Numbered from the whole stretch's first letter, positions 36,779-50,117 are shown. The stretch: 63,312 nucleotides of DNA, filler included, from Sphacelaria rigidula (GCA_964200075.2; 9 parts of 9 records of this genome joined end to end with filler, not necessarily neighbours in it); one strand, 5' to 3'. Numbers and translations: made by a program. The notes: a model not told the origin generated them from the sequence alone.

Positions 36779-37022
36779 CCCTTCCGAGAGCGGGGTGGAC
36801 TAACCGGGGGCGAGGGTCTATTTGCGAATCGGCATCATTTTCACTTGGGAAACGACTGAAACTGAAGCCCTCCCATCCCTGGTTAGTGGGACTACGCTCG
36901 GTCCCAAAAGGGTTAATTAACCCTTAGACAGCGAGAGTAGATCGTCTTTTGAATCGGTATTTTATTTCACATGAAAAGCGTATGCATAATCCAGATGGAC
37001 TACTACCCTTGCTGCCCAAGGG
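36779..37022. mobile_element. Two adjacent piggyBac-like MITEs (36779-36912 and 36921-37022)
   Basis: TTAA-CCCTT...AAGGG-TTAATTAA-CCCTT...AAGGG-TTAA. Relatives at 38657-38815, 42031-42133 and ~7745-7848. Confidence 0.8.
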
Positions 37023-37173
37023 TTAATCGTCTTGCTTCGGTGTTCCTGCATTTGCTCGCGACGGAGCACGAGCTTTTTGCCCCGCCTCCGCACTGCCGTC
37101 CCCTCCGCCGCTATTCACACGACTTGTAACGTGTTCCGCTGTGGCTTGTTGGTCGCTTGTTGGGGGTGGCCAG

Positions 37174-37284
37174 GGTGGTCTGGACGCTCCGCCGGGTGGT
37201 GGCGATTGGTTCGAGGTGGATGAACCCCGCAGCGTTGGCGACTCGGTGCTGGATGCTCTGGAAGTGGCCGAGGATAGCGTCAAG
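37174..37284 (+). CDS. VPS51: VPS51 exon
   Basis: CAG|GGLDAPPGGGDWFEVDEPRSVGDSVLDALEVAEDSVK|GT. Contains the W....EPR.V motif of Vps51. Confidence 0.8.
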
Positions 37285-37580
37285 GTTTGTTTGTCGTTGA
37301 ACGATGTATTTTTTTTTCCTTTCTTCCGTCTTTTTTTGGCCCTTGCGTGTAATTTTGTTCTGCTTTTTCCCCCCCTCCGTGGCTGTTGCGGGAGGGTTAC
37401 ATGCGATAGGGTGGATAGAGTAATGCAGTGTAAGTCAATATGATGGTGTACACGAGAGTAGTTGGTGCTATTTCATCGTTGTTTTTCTTGTGTTACTTTA
37501 GATTTCGCTGTCCCCTTCCCCCCCCCAAAATAAGAAAAACTAAAAGCACAAACGCACTCAAAGTTCTTTCTCACTCTTCA

Positions 37581-38079
37581 GGCCGTTTCTTACGGTACTT
37601 GGATAACTTTTTCGTTTTTTTTTTTCTCCTGTTTGGAGACAGTTGACAACGGTTTTTGGCTTCCCGAACAGGAGATATGGCCACCACGTGTCTTGGACAC
37701 TTTGCATCACCTCACTGAGAGAAGTCCAGCCCACTCTTCCGATTCGCTTGGCTCCGAGGTTCCGAGAATGGCCTCTGACCAAAAATACAGCTGGACATGA
37801 CAAAACACGGTGCCTGTAGTGATTTTCCAATATTTCCACATGGTGCTCAGATCTTGTCGTATGTTCAGTTGGAATTTTGTTCGGAGGTCACTCTCGGAAC
37901 CTCGGAGCCAAGCGTATCGAAAGAGTAGGCTCGACTACTCTCAGTGAAGTCATGCAAAGTGTCCAAGACACGTGGTGGCCATATTTCCTGTTTGGGAGGG
38001 CCGTAAACCGTGTCAACCGTCCCGAAACTGGAAAAATATCTCCGAACGAAAAGTAAGCTGAGCACTGTAAGGAACCGCC
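37581..38079. repeat. Long imperfect inverted repeat (foldback) in a VPS51 intron
   Basis: Arms at ~37581-37795 and ~37866-38079. Shares GATTCGCTTGGCTCCGAGG with the 60852-61234 foldback. Confidence 0.85.
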
Positions 38080-38455
38080 CAAAATATAGTTATGAAGTCT
38101 TTGCTCGTTCTGCCATCTCTTTCTGTGCTTTGCGTTTGTTGAATCATTTTTATTCTCCTTACTTGTTTTCTGTTTTCACGTCTTGGTCTACTATGTCGTT
38201 GTGTTCGACTTTTTTTTTCTGTTCCTTCTTTCCTCGAGCGGGTGTTACAGTTTTGGTTTTCTTGGGTACGTCTATCATGCGACCACGGCTGGACCCATGG
38301 GTAGTCAGTTCAAGTGCGACAATCAGTTAAAAAAATCAATCTTAATAGCATTATGAAAAACGTTTCTCGCACGAGTCGGATGACCGCCTCCCTCCCGGGA
38401 ATCCAGCTCGCAAATCCCGGTGCCCCCTTGACGGCCTTCTTCTCCACTTTCCCAG

Positions 38456-38627
38456 GAAGTATGTTCCTTTTTGGGGGAGGCCCGAACAGGGACCGTGTCG
38501 GTGACGAGGACGGGAGATAGGGACCTGAGGAGAGGGAACGCCTCTTTGCGGGGGCGGAGCGGGAAGGTTGGCGGCGTGCGACGTGATATAGATCGCATCT
38601 TTGAGAGTGGCGGCGGCGGCGCAGGTG
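38456..38627 (+). CDS. VPS51: VPS51 exon
   Basis: CCCAG|EVCSFLGE..VRRDIDRIFESGGGGAG-G|GTGAG. DIDRIF resembles Vps51 (N/D)IxKLF. Phase 0-1; an alternative donor follows 38624. Confidence 0.75.
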
Positions 38628-40723
38628 GTGAGGAGTAACGGTTTCCCCTATATTAACCATTTCAGGACCGGACTCCCGGAAACATGGTGTTTGCACGCGA
38701 GGGCATTTTTGGGAATCGGCATCATTTTTACTTGAAAGCGACTGAAGATTTCACCGAGTAACAAAAAGACACCTGCGCGCAAACACCATGTTCTCGGAGT
38801 TCGGTCTCAAAAGGGTTGATGGGTTCGTTTCGTTTTCATGTTTCTCCCTCGATGCATTTGCGAATTTGTCGGCGTGGCTGTAGTTGCTGTGGATGGAGAA
38901 GGTCCAGTTCTGTAGCTGCTGCGCTGCGATAGGCAGAGAAGACATGTACAAGCCGCTCGGGACCTTCGCTTCGCTGCGGTTCCTTCGCGACTTTCGTTGA
39001 GAATAGGGTGCGAATCTTGCCAAGCCCTAGTAAAAGGGCAAACTTATTGTAACATGCATTTATATACCAGGTATGTAAAGAAGGAAAAAAAAAATCAAAG
39101 AGGCAATACGGGTATGAACGATGAGCAAAGTACATACAGTAGTGGGCGGTCTAACTATTCAGGAGTGTTTTGGGGTTTTCCTCGCGTACTACTCTCCGAT
39201 AGAACTCGAAATTGCTAGCGTAGGTAGATTTTGGCACAATAAACAGACCATTCTCGGAAAACAGTGCCGAAGTCAGTGTTAGTTGGTGTTATCGGGCGAT
39301 ACGGGTACATACCCCGTTTTTCAGGAGGGTGTTATTGACCGCGAAACACTGTTTTTCGACTCTAGTACAAAGGGTAGATATAATTTCAAAAAAATGAAAC
39401 TGTACATTTCTTCACAAATATGATCGGGACAAGCTTGATTGACCGATAATACCGAAGATCGAAGAATCTGGGCTGAAACGTGGCAGGACCTCCGATGACC
39501 GGTCAGTCCGTACGTCATTCAATATTGAGTACATATTTGTTTCTTGCTTGGAATGTGGAGCGGATACACATATCTTCAGATCCCCAACTTGACAAGGGGT
39601 GATGAGCGAAAAGAGCCCAAGAAAATCGCCAATTACGAAGAAATCACAAAATGTCGCGAAATGAATAGATAGACCGCCCACTACTGTAAAGAAACCGGAA
39701 CTGAGAGATGATGAATTATGGATGCAGAGAGTACATTACCATTTTTTGCGCCACGGAAACGGACGTTCCTGGACCTTCATATGCTACGTTCCGACACGTG
39801 CATACACACTCCCGCTCACATGATAGAATTTGTTTTCTAAACCTCCATTCACGTTTACAGACGTTTCGACCCCTGCATACGCTCAGTCCGTCGGTATATT
39901 CCGTCGTGGAGCATTATGTGCCCCGTGTGGTTTCGAGCGAAGGTCAAGCAAATGTCGGCAAGGTGGCGTGTGAAATGCCCTACTATCGTGCGGAATGTCG
40001 GTACGGAGGCGTGCGCAAAATACTCCGCTCTCATGCGTCCATACACGCACATACTCACGCAATATGATTTACAGATACAGCCGTTCCGACAACTACATAC
40101 ACGCTTCCACTCGCTTCACCATGTTTTTTTTTCATTATACGAAAACGCGTGTTCAACGCCGCCCCCATACGCCACGTTCCCACACTTACATTCACACCTG
40201 CACACACTCGGTTCGTCGGTGCAATACCTTGCCGAGTATTCTTTGCCCCCTCTCTTTTCGGGAAAAGGTTGCGCAAATGTCGATAAAGAGGCGTTGGCAA
40301 CATGCTGCGCTCTCGTGCGTCGTTACAATTTTATATACTTCATATATATATTTCTTGTTTCCTCTAGTCTTGTCTTGTATGCCACTGAAGAATATTGGAT
40401 AGCCTTCATTTTTTTTTTGCCGTTAGTAAAACAGAACTCCCTCCCCTCCCTGGTCCGATGGCATGCATGATCATGAGTATATCCCCCCCCCCTCTCCGTC
40501 TCTAAAGGGATACGTGGTCAATTGTCGAACGACTAAGGAAAGCAACAAATGAGTACGCCCCCCCTCCCTCCCGCTCATGTCCGATCCCCTGAACCGAAGT
40601 GAAGAAAAGATAACGTGTGTCATCTTTGCGTTGCTGAACCTGGGCACACCACAGGCAGTCATTGCTTGAAGTACAATTTACGCCAGCAAGTGTTGTATGT
40701 AACCCTCCCCCCTCCCTCGACAG

Positions 40724-40899
40724 GAATGAGTTCCAGAATATGGCACAGCGGCGCAGCGCAGATTTCTTTCACGGCCGATGCCATGCTTGCCGCGGTGTTC
40801 CGTGTGGCTCTGAGGGCGTTTGGAGAGAGGACGCGGTGCGTAACTCTTCCCGGCCCTGGTTTCCGGCAGGTGCAGCTGGACGCGGACTTCCTTCGCCAA
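40724..40899 (+). CDS. VPS51: VPS51 C-terminal exon
   Basis: ACAG|..AVFRVALRAFGERTRCVTLPGPGFRQVQLDADFLRQ|GTGAGT matches Vps51 K..LK...E..R..TF...G.QQ.Q.D..FL. Phase 1-0. Confidence 0.85.
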
Positions 40900-43800
40900 G
40901 TGAGTGCTTCGGAGTATGTTGGGGGCAGATGGAGTGTTTGATTTTTTTTCTTCTTGTCTTTCCGAGTTTTTGAGCATTTTGTTGAAGTTGGACAATAGCC
41001 GCGCCAACATTTTTGGACGGAGCGGGGCTCAGGGAATGTCGTGTGCGTACGCGAGGTGCTCGCGGCCGGTAGTTGGAAGGATAGTCGCAATACACTACGG
41101 GTACTGTTTGTACTATGGTGGTTTCATGTTCATGCTGAGAAGAGCACCAGCACCATTGGGGTACAGTACTGTTGATGTCTGGTGAACGGGGGAATCCAGT
41201 GACACTTGGAAACAAGCTACTTTGTTTTTGCAGGAGATGGGCGCTGGGCCATTGTGTTGACTCTGCTGAGGGTCTGCGGATGCTCGTGTCGGATGAAACT
41301 TCGTTGCTGTTACTCCTGTCCATATAGTAATGGCAAAATGTTCGGGCATATGTGCAAAACAGGGATCCTCGAACACTGAATGGCTCGGGACGTCCGAACG
41401 ATTGCATGCACCCGACGCATGTATCTCTCTCTCTCCCCCCCCTCCCCCTCCCTCCTGGTCCGGCGAAAACCTGGCGTGCTCCATCCCGGCTTTGTAGGGA
41501 TGCGAGGCCAATGATCTGATGACTATGGCATTCATGACCATGAGTACACCCCCCCTCCCTTCCCCCCGCGCGGCAAAAAACCCGACGCCCCGTCTCGACG
41601 AAAAACAACAAAAAATCAACGTTTCCCCTTTTTTTGTTCTTCTTGTCTTTTATGGACCTTCCTATTTGACGTAGTTTGTTCTCCGGTGCGCAGACTCTGT
41701 AGAGGATCTCTTTGAATAGCACTCTAGACAGTGGATCTATTTTGGGATTGGTCTCTGTTCTACGCGACCGTTTCGGTTATCGGCTTACTCGCTGTTACTA
41801 CTCTGTGTATACATAGATGGCTCTGCTTCGCATCGCGCTTCAAAATTTTCCTACCCTAACATTGGAATGTAATGGAAAAGGGACAGAAGAGACAGACGCC
41901 TTCAATGAAGAGCGATGGGACTCGCCTTCTTTGGCGGCATCTGAGCCGCCGGCATGAAGGAGAGAGAGTGCTAGAGCTGTTGAGGCCATTTTTAACGAAA
42001 GGGATTCCCTTTTTTCACAATCTATTTTAACCCCTTGACGGCGAGGGTAGGTCGCCTGCTCAATCGGCATCAATATTCACTTGAAAAAAAGTATGCATGA
42101 TCCAGATGGACTACCCGCACGGCAGTCTAGGGGTTAGCCCTTTTGGGACCGGGCCTCCAGAACGACCAATGAGGCTNNNNNNNNNNNNNNNNNNNNNNNN
42201 NNNNNNNNNNNNNNNNNNNNTTAATTAATTAANNNNNNNNNNNNNNNNNNNNNNNNNNNNNNNNNNNNNNNNNNNNGGGAGCGGTTGATTCTCATTTCAA
42301 AATACGTTCTCATTTTTCTGGCAACCCTGTTCTCAGCTGAAAGAAGACGGTGGAAACGATTCGTAGTCTACAGCGCACAAGTAGTACTACCCCTGGCTGT
42401 ATTCCCATCCTGTGAGAGATCATGTCGTCTTGCACCACCGTTATGGGTGGCATGTAATGTGCAGAAATCATCGCAATGCGGCCGAGGTCTGCTGTTTGAA
42501 AGTGCTGCGTACCGTACTGTCTGTACTTTTGTTGTTTGTACAACTCACTCTCTATACGGTATCGCTGTGCAGTATAGTAGTTCACAGCATCGCAACGCAC
42601 TGTTGTAGGGTTCTGTATTGCACTGTCTGTACTGTACTGTCCTCCGCGCTGCTCAGAACTATAGCACTACAGCACTACAGTGTCCTGAAGTGCGCCGTAG
42701 TGGATTGAAGTACTGCAGGTGCATTGAAAAGCGTACAGGGTGTGGTGCGGACGGTGCGGCAGTGTACGGTACAGTCAGTGTTGTGCTGGCCTACGCACTT
42801 CCGAAGTGGGCGCTGGTCGATCATACATTTGGCGGGGCAACCTGCGGCCAATCACTGCGACAGAACAAAATCACGTCAAGCCACGTCACATCAGCTTCCG
42901 CAATGAACTTTTTAACGTCGACTTGGAAATTTCGAAGCTTCCACTCTGCACTCTGACGCTATGATAAAAAAAAAAAACATCTTCCGAAACTCTCTAATGA
43001 AGCTTTCATTTTTCGCATACCTTCGGAGCCAAGGTCAAGTTATATTAATGAGTTTCGGCACTACATTGCACGTCACACTTCCACAAGAACAAGACCAGAC
43101 AAATACCACAATGATCTGCAATGCTTGCTCAATCGAGCTTAACGCATCTATCTGCACCGCCAAATTGCGTCCAATGTTGTGGTGGCAGATAAGACCAACA
43201 GTCATGGGCGCTACCTCACCCAAGTCGCCCTAAAGTGATTATTTATTGAGTGTCTCTTACTGTGAAAAGAAAAAACCTACGACCGCCGGAGGGGCGGTGG
43301 GGGAAGGGGGGGGTACATAGGGTCTCGGAGTGTTTTTTTTTTAACCCTATCGGTATCGGTACCGACGTGATTATTTTTACACCCTATGCATTGTCCATCC
43401 CAAATTTCAGGGTCCACTCTTAATATATGAAAAAGAAAGGGCCTATCGAGAACCGGGTCGGTAGAAATTCGGAACAGTATTTCGCAGGCCACTTACCGGC
43501 CCACGTTTAGTTTTCGTGTATTGAAATTTTGTGTGGGCGCTCTCTAAGGCATAGTTAACAAAACAAAGTGAGTCAGGTTGATTTTTTTCATTTCTTTCAC
43601 TGGTTTAGGGCGTTCTACTATGGTAAAGACTATTCCTTCACGAGAACGCCCTAACTTCTATGGAAAAAAAAAATGAAGGCCCATTTTTTTTATTTCGGCA
43701 TTCTGTTGTGATTCTCCACACCAACAGTCGTCGCCATGCGCTAAATGCATCGATCGGGAGTTTCATGGAGGTTTTAGTACTGGCGCTATCTCCCTTAGGT

Positions 43801-44003
43801 ATAGGAATTACTAGACATGGGGTTCAATCAACGAGAAAATATGGGCCCAAACTTTCGAGCAGATGGGCACCTTTCCCTTGATTAGGCGATTAATACGATA
43901 TGCCGATCACGGCCCAACTCGTCTGTATCGATGAGATATTGCTTTTTGAGCGTAAATCCGTTTTTAGGCTGGCCCAGCTCGTATACACATATTTTTTCCC
44001 TCA

Positions 44004-44290
44004 AGGAAGGAAGGAAGGAAGGAAGGAAAGAAGGAAGGAAGGAAAGAAGGAAGGAAGGAAGGAAGGAAGGAGGAAACTGACCCAACGTTTACCCTGCAAG
44101 CGGGTACGTGTGCCGATTACCCAAAGGAGGCTCGGCTAGACCGCCTGACGTCAGTCATGTGGGGGTAGGCGCCTCGAGCGTCCGCAAGCTTTGCTCAAGG
44201 CAGCGTGGGGGTACGACCCACGAAAACCCCTTGTCAACTTAACGCAGCTACTCTCATGAGCTTCGGCCCTAGGATGCTACCGCATGTGCG
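44004..44290 (-). mobile_element. Second copy of the (TTCC)n-tailed element
   Basis: Homologous to 9268-9510; (GGAA)n at 44004-44070. Confidence 0.65.
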
Positions 44291-44368
44291 CTTGCGGAAA
44301 CCACCAACACAGCACAGCACAAGACAACACAACAAAACACACCCTTGCTGCACCAGAACGTACCGCAC

Positions 44369-44747
44369 CTTCCGATTCCTGCGTCCCGTTTCCCCGTCCC
44401 TCTGAGCACCGGCTTTCACTCTCCCCTGCCGCCGCCGCCGCCGCCGCCGCCACCTCCTTAGCTTTGTCCAAAAAGAACAAAGTTTTACTAACCTTCCCAT
44501 CAAACGCCTCAATCGCCGCCTTCACGCCCAAATCCATGCGCGCTAACTTGCGCTTTCCTGTCTTCGTGTTTTCCAAATTCGGTCTGCGGAAGGCGCCGTG
44601 GAGCTCCTCGAGCACCCCCCTCGCCCCGTCTTCATCTCCGTAGTTCAAGAATGCTGAGGCTACAGCCCTGCGGTGGTACTTGCTCGGGGGATATTGGGTG
44701 ACCGGCTTGACCTCCCTCAGTACTCCCATCGCTAGATCCTTATCACC
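44369..44747 (-). CDS. PPR protein exon
   Basis: AACAG|GDKDLAMGVLREV..GDEDGARGVLEEL..ESE-G|GTGCGG. The join ALARQ-GDKDLAMGVL completes a PPR repeat. Confidence 0.8.
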
Positions 44748-47700
44748 CTGTTGTTCCGGCAACAGTTCGAGAGGTTGAGGGGGGGGGGGCTGTCGGCGCT
44801 ACAGGCTAGTCCGTGAAAGATACCTAAAATTGGGCACACCAACAGTTTCTCCACCGCACTAACGGTAGATCCACACAAAAGAGTGTATGATGGTCTTACG
44901 TGATGCACAGAGGTGATGTGGCGCTTCTGTTTCAGTGTTGGGCCGTGATGTGGCGCTGGGAGCACATGAAAACAGAGGGTCTCGAAGCGTGTAATGTTTG
45001 AATTGAAGGTGCGTGAAATCTCCGAAAACAAATTATCCCGCCTCTATTTTTTTTTTCCCGATTGTGTTGTCGTAGATGTGCAGCATAATTGTGCGCTTGG
45101 TGTTCACCGTGGACAGTCGTATGCATCCAGCGCAAAGCCGCGGCTGTATCGGAGAGCGGTTCGTAGCCCACGCAAACTCGCAAGACATCTTGGACGGAGT
45201 GAGAGGAGTCAAATTACCCATCTTATCGCCTACAGCCGACGGAATGCCCTTTCCTCCCCGCGACCTTATGCATGATATTCCCTACAGCCCTACAGCTTCG
45301 GAGACGTTTTCGCGTTCGCTCCATTTTCCGAGGCCATTTTGTGAGAGGCAGGAGAAATATGTTACACATATGCTACTGAAGGAAGGTCGAGGACGCCAAT
45401 ACGAATCTGTGCCACTCCAGTTTCTCGCTTGGTTAACCCGTTTGTTGTGGCCTCCGACCATCGTATGCTCTGCATTTTCGGGACAATTTCACGTCTGCTT
45501 TTTTCTTCTTGTGGACATTTTTTTAAATGAACAAACCATTTTTCGCACACGCACGTGTTCTTGAAGTAAGCCCAATATCCTCGGTGTCTAGGTATTCGCT
45601 TCTCCACTGGGTTACCACCGGATTCCTGGGGATCTCCCGTCAATGTTTGCCCCCACATTCTTGGAATAATAGTACATGTCCAGTCATTCTCACCCCGCTT
45701 GTAGGAGTCATGAGACGAGATTTCGCACACATGTTCCTGTAGGTAAGCCCAAGGTCGCCGGTGTTTGATCGTTCGGGAGTCCCGTCGAACTAACCGATTT
45801 CATGCGGGTCATGCGTCACCGGAAGTACCCGGGAAACCTACATTTTCGGAATTTATGTTTCGTTCGCCTCACGTATCGCGCAGAGGTGGGAGAATTAATT
45901 TCATAAACGTGTTAAAAAAATGCAAGCCTGAGGTCGTCAGTGTTCGTTCGTCCATTTCTTCTTTCGATCGGATTAACCGATTTTTTCCGGGCCATGAGCC
46001 AGCCGCCTGAAGTGCCCGATGCCTTAGTCCCCGAACAATATTGGCTCGTTTTCTTCACGCCGTTTTCAAAGAGTTGAGAAACGATTTTTTCACACGCGTG
46101 TTTCTCAAGGCCAAGCCCAAGGTCGCGGGTGATTTCGGGATCAATCAGACCCGACCACTTTCACCGGCTTCTCGGGGTCCCCGGACGTCGAGGGGACCCG
46201 AGGAAGTCGTTGAATCCGACCAAAACTCATCAAGTTCAAATACTGGCGACCTCTGCGGGGCTTGCCATGATGAAAACGTCTACGAAATTTCGTGTCCCAA
46301 CTCTTGAAAATGGCGTGGGAAATGACGACCGACAATATTCGATCTTCCGCGGTCCAGCCATTACAGATACACCACGGTGATACAAAGATCAGTAGGAGAT
46401 TTCGGCATCTCGCCCAGGAGAGACCCATTCGATAAAGTCTCCGTAGAACGAACGGCAGGGGCGAAACGGGTATCTAAAAAAAAAAAAAAGTGCTTGTGAA
46501 ATGTACGTTATGATTACCAGTGAGGGATGCTCATCATTTTAGTGTCTGCAGCAAGTTTTTGAAAATTCATTCTTCGGAACTTTTTCCCCTCATTTTTTTT
46601 TTTTTCATCAAGGGGGGGACAACTTGCGGTAGATTTCGACCGGTTGATTACTTTTCCAACAAGTAACCGCGTATATGAACCACGTGGCCAAGGGAGCCAC
46701 AAGACCCCAAGCATAGCGATCGAGCGGAAGTAGCCAATCTTGAACTGCATCCAACAGCAGCTGACAGTCTTCTTGTAGCTCAAGCAGACAGCCTCGCTCC
46801 CTGTTTTTCATTCTTTGAGCGTCGACATCTCGCAAGAAAGGAGATGGATTCATTTTTTTCTCGACACAGCTCAAAACTGTAGTCATTTTCCAGAGTTATT
46901 CTTAAAACTGGTTTCAAATACTTGGTTTCTACTTGTACATCCAGAACAATTGGGCAGTAAAACAATCCCCGTCTGCATATATATACCTAGTATGTTTTAC
47001 TAGCCGTGACTTTAATAAGCACCCCGCGACAGAAGGCCGGGCATTCATCAGAGAGCAGTAATCCCTCGCTCGCGCACAGATACAAGCTACTACACTCCTT
47101 ACTCTCCGTAGATGCTTGTGGGCAACGTACAAGCGATCCAAGTACTGGGGAAAGCTAAACCGGGAACCCGGTACCCTCCGAATGTCACCCTCAAGGATAT
47201 TTCTGAATATACACTGACATGTGTTCTTGTCTCATTGCCATAGCGCCCCTTCCCCCCCCCCATCCCACCACTTCCGTCGTTGGGACAGACTTAGCAGGAG
47301 TGATTTCCTTTCCTCCCCATTTTTCTCGTCATCGTGGACGGTATTGTTCTTCTTCTCCCTGTTCTTCGGAGCGGCGCCAGATGTGGGGGCGCACAACGCC
47401 TGGCGCGCGGATACTCCTAGAAGGATAAGGGCTAAGTAAGTCGCCCGATGCTGGGTAGGATATTTTATTTGGCGTAAACAATCGAAACACGTTCCTATTA
47501 TAGCAGGGGGACAACAGTGCATCACCGCCCGGGCCTCCCACAACATTTTCACTGCTGCATCCCTTCTACGCTGCTGTTTCGCAACTGGTGAAGTGAACAT
47601 GTGAAAAAAGAAGCGGTGAGGATTTGCAGGGTACACAGTAGGGTAAGCGCTCTCCGCTCAAGGAAAAAAGGCCGGCGCCTCCCCAGAGCACAGTAGACCT

Positions 47701-48138
47701 GAAAAATGTACGTAAACAATGGCTGGTACCCGACTCTACTTGATTTCAGAATGAAGAAAGTTCCGAAAAAAAAAATGTGATTTAGGGCAGGTGAGCAGTG
47801 GTGAGAAATAGACCCAGCTCGTCCAGAACGTGTTTTGGTCCAGAATTGGCTCAAAGGCATCGATTTGGGCTCTAGTAACGCACGCTTTACTTCAGAAACA
47901 CTCTGCACCCCCCTTGCCCGAGGGTTCTCGGTATGCCTTGGTCGAGGTTAGGGTTAGGGTCAGCGTTAGGGTTGGCGGCATCTCCGTAGTACCAACCATT
48001 GTCTACACACATTTCTTTTGGTCCCCTCCCACAGCAAGGGGTTCACGAAAATCTCGATGTTTCGGGTATTACACCACTCGGACGTCACGACCCGAGAGAG
48101 CGGCTGTCGGCGGCAGCGGCAGCTATCTATGACCTCAC

Positions 48139-48289
48139 CTGCCTCGCCAACGCCTCGAGGATCGGGGCGAAACTCAAGGCGTCGGGTTGATTCTCGTACA
48201 TTGGCGCGTGGCTTTGCCAGCGGCTGCGCGGGAAGTCGACGAACAAGACGCGCAGCGCCTCTGACACCTTTCCGGCCGAGGCACACGCA
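48139..48289 (-). CDS. PPR protein exon
   Basis: TAAG|T-ACASAGKVSEALRVLF..QPDALSFAPILEALARQ|GTGAGG; phase 2-0. Confidence 0.85.
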
Positions 48290-48919
48290 CTTATGGGATG
48301 ATTCGGGCAAATGAAGCGACAGCGTAGCGAAAGGGGTTGCCGGAGATTAAATGTCTTGGGGCACAATTAAAGGTGTTGGCCATACTTTATTACCAACGTA
48401 TTTCTGTAGAAATATAATCGCGAGGATGGGGGGCGGGGGGGGCATGAATAATTTCAAGTATAGCTCAGGGGAAACATACATGTGGAATGCGTGGGGACCC
48501 ATCTACAGTTACCAGCACCGCGTTTCATGTAAAAAGCAAGGAAATGAAAACGTTGTCTCAACACACAAACAAGTGGACTTAGGTTTTTAGCCAGAGTAGA
48601 ATCGGACGTACAGATGTGCGCCAAATATCGGGTGTGCACTTTACTTCTCAACATGTGTGTCCGGCTAGATTGCTGTAAGGAACACGACGGCAACCGAGAA
48701 TTACACCGCGGTGATCGCCTCAAGCAATACCTCCAGTCACAGGTACTGAATAATGCACCATCCTGCTGTGTGCCGTTCTGAAATGACATAAAACAAGTAC
48801 GAAATTGGTCGCAAATTGTCGACTAGACGCTGCAACACCGAAACACAAGTACAGCTAGCACATGAACCTCACACATCAGCAGAGTCTACCACAGCCCATC
48901 ACACCGTACCGTACCGTAC

Positions 48920-49120
48920 CGTATGGCCGCATTGAAGCAATGTTTCTCAGGCACCAAGCCGGCGGCCATCATGTCCTCGCGGAGCAATTTCAACGCACGC
49001 TGCCACTGACCACTCTGACCGCAGGCCGTGATGGCCGAAAAAAACAGGTGGGTTGTTGGCTCCACACCATCCGCAATGGCCGCTTGAAGCACAGAGATCG
49101 CGCGTTCCCATTGCCCGGCC
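48920..49120 (-). CDS. Pentatricopeptide-repeat protein exon
   Basis: ACCAG|AGQWERAISVLQAAIADGVEPTTHLFFSAITACGQSGQWQRALKLLREDMMAAGLVPEKHCFNAAI-CG|GTACGG; canonical PPR motifs. Confidence 0.9.
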
Positions 49121-49943
49121 CTGGTCAGTTTGAGACGGGGGGGGGGGGGGGGGGCACCTTTGTTGCTTTCCCTAGTCGTTTTACCGTTGTCCGGTACCGG
49201 GGGGGGGGGGGGGGGGGGTATCNNNNNNNNNNNNNNNNNNNNNNNNNNNNNNNNNNNNNNNNNNNNTTAATTAATTAANNNNNNNNNNNNNNNNNNNNNN
49301 NNNNNNNNNNNNNNNNNNNNNNAGAGCCGGGACAGAGCACGCCGGGTTTTCGCCGGACCAGGCTCGCGGGGGTGGGGGGGGGGGGCGTACTCATTTGTTG
49401 CTTGCCTTAGTCATTTGACCATTGACCACGCATCCCTACTCCTAATAGTGGTGAGGAGCAGCGAACGGACAGACGGCGAACGGGTGACGAAAATAGCCGT
49501 TGTGTTCCCAGAATGAAGTCGGCGGGGAGAAGGGCCCGCCCGGCTTTAGGTTAGAAGGGTCAGGTTCAGCCTGGATGCGAGTTGAAGAACAGTGCACGCC
49601 CGTTCGTGAGGTCAAAATAATTTGACGCGGATGAAATACCGCGGACCAGTTTTGATCAAGGCGGATTCGGACACACGCGATGAAATTTCATGAGGGAAAT
49701 TTGCGACCGTCCTACGCCGCAGTACGGTGTACCAATCCGTAGACATGTATTAGATTCAACATGGGCATCGTGGTCACACATGTCAATCAGGACAATTATG
49801 AAGAGTTGTTGTGCTATAAATTATTTCCCACAACAAAACGGCCAGCAACACGGGCACGTTCGGATAGCCTGCTTGAGATCAGTGCCCGCTACTCATTTCT
49901 ACCTCTTCCGTGCGTCGCGCGTACGTGGGTGAAAATATCATAG

Positions 49944-50117
49944 CGGAGAGAGCGTCTAGCTAAGGAGGCGGCAGAAATGAAGGCAATGCTTATGCGCGAT
50001 CGCAATCGCCGGAGCTTCGCACTAGTCGAGCCCGCCGTGAATGGTGCATTCGACGCTATTAGCGACGCTGCTCTTCTGAGCGCGGCGGCAAAGGCTGAGC
50101 AGCTCGCTGATGAGGAG
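49944..50117 (+). CDS. Exon of an IQ+WW domain protein
   Basis: CATAG|RRERLAKEAAEMKAML..AEQLADEE|GTGAGG; phase 0-0, helical. Confidence 0.75.

Noticed and set aside
40769-41722. 317-aa minus-strand ORF
   Set aside because: Spans a repeat copy and the antisense of a VPS51 exon, with no domain signal.
47945-47972. Telomere-like GGGTTA repeats
   Set aside because: Only a few degenerate copies inside an intron.
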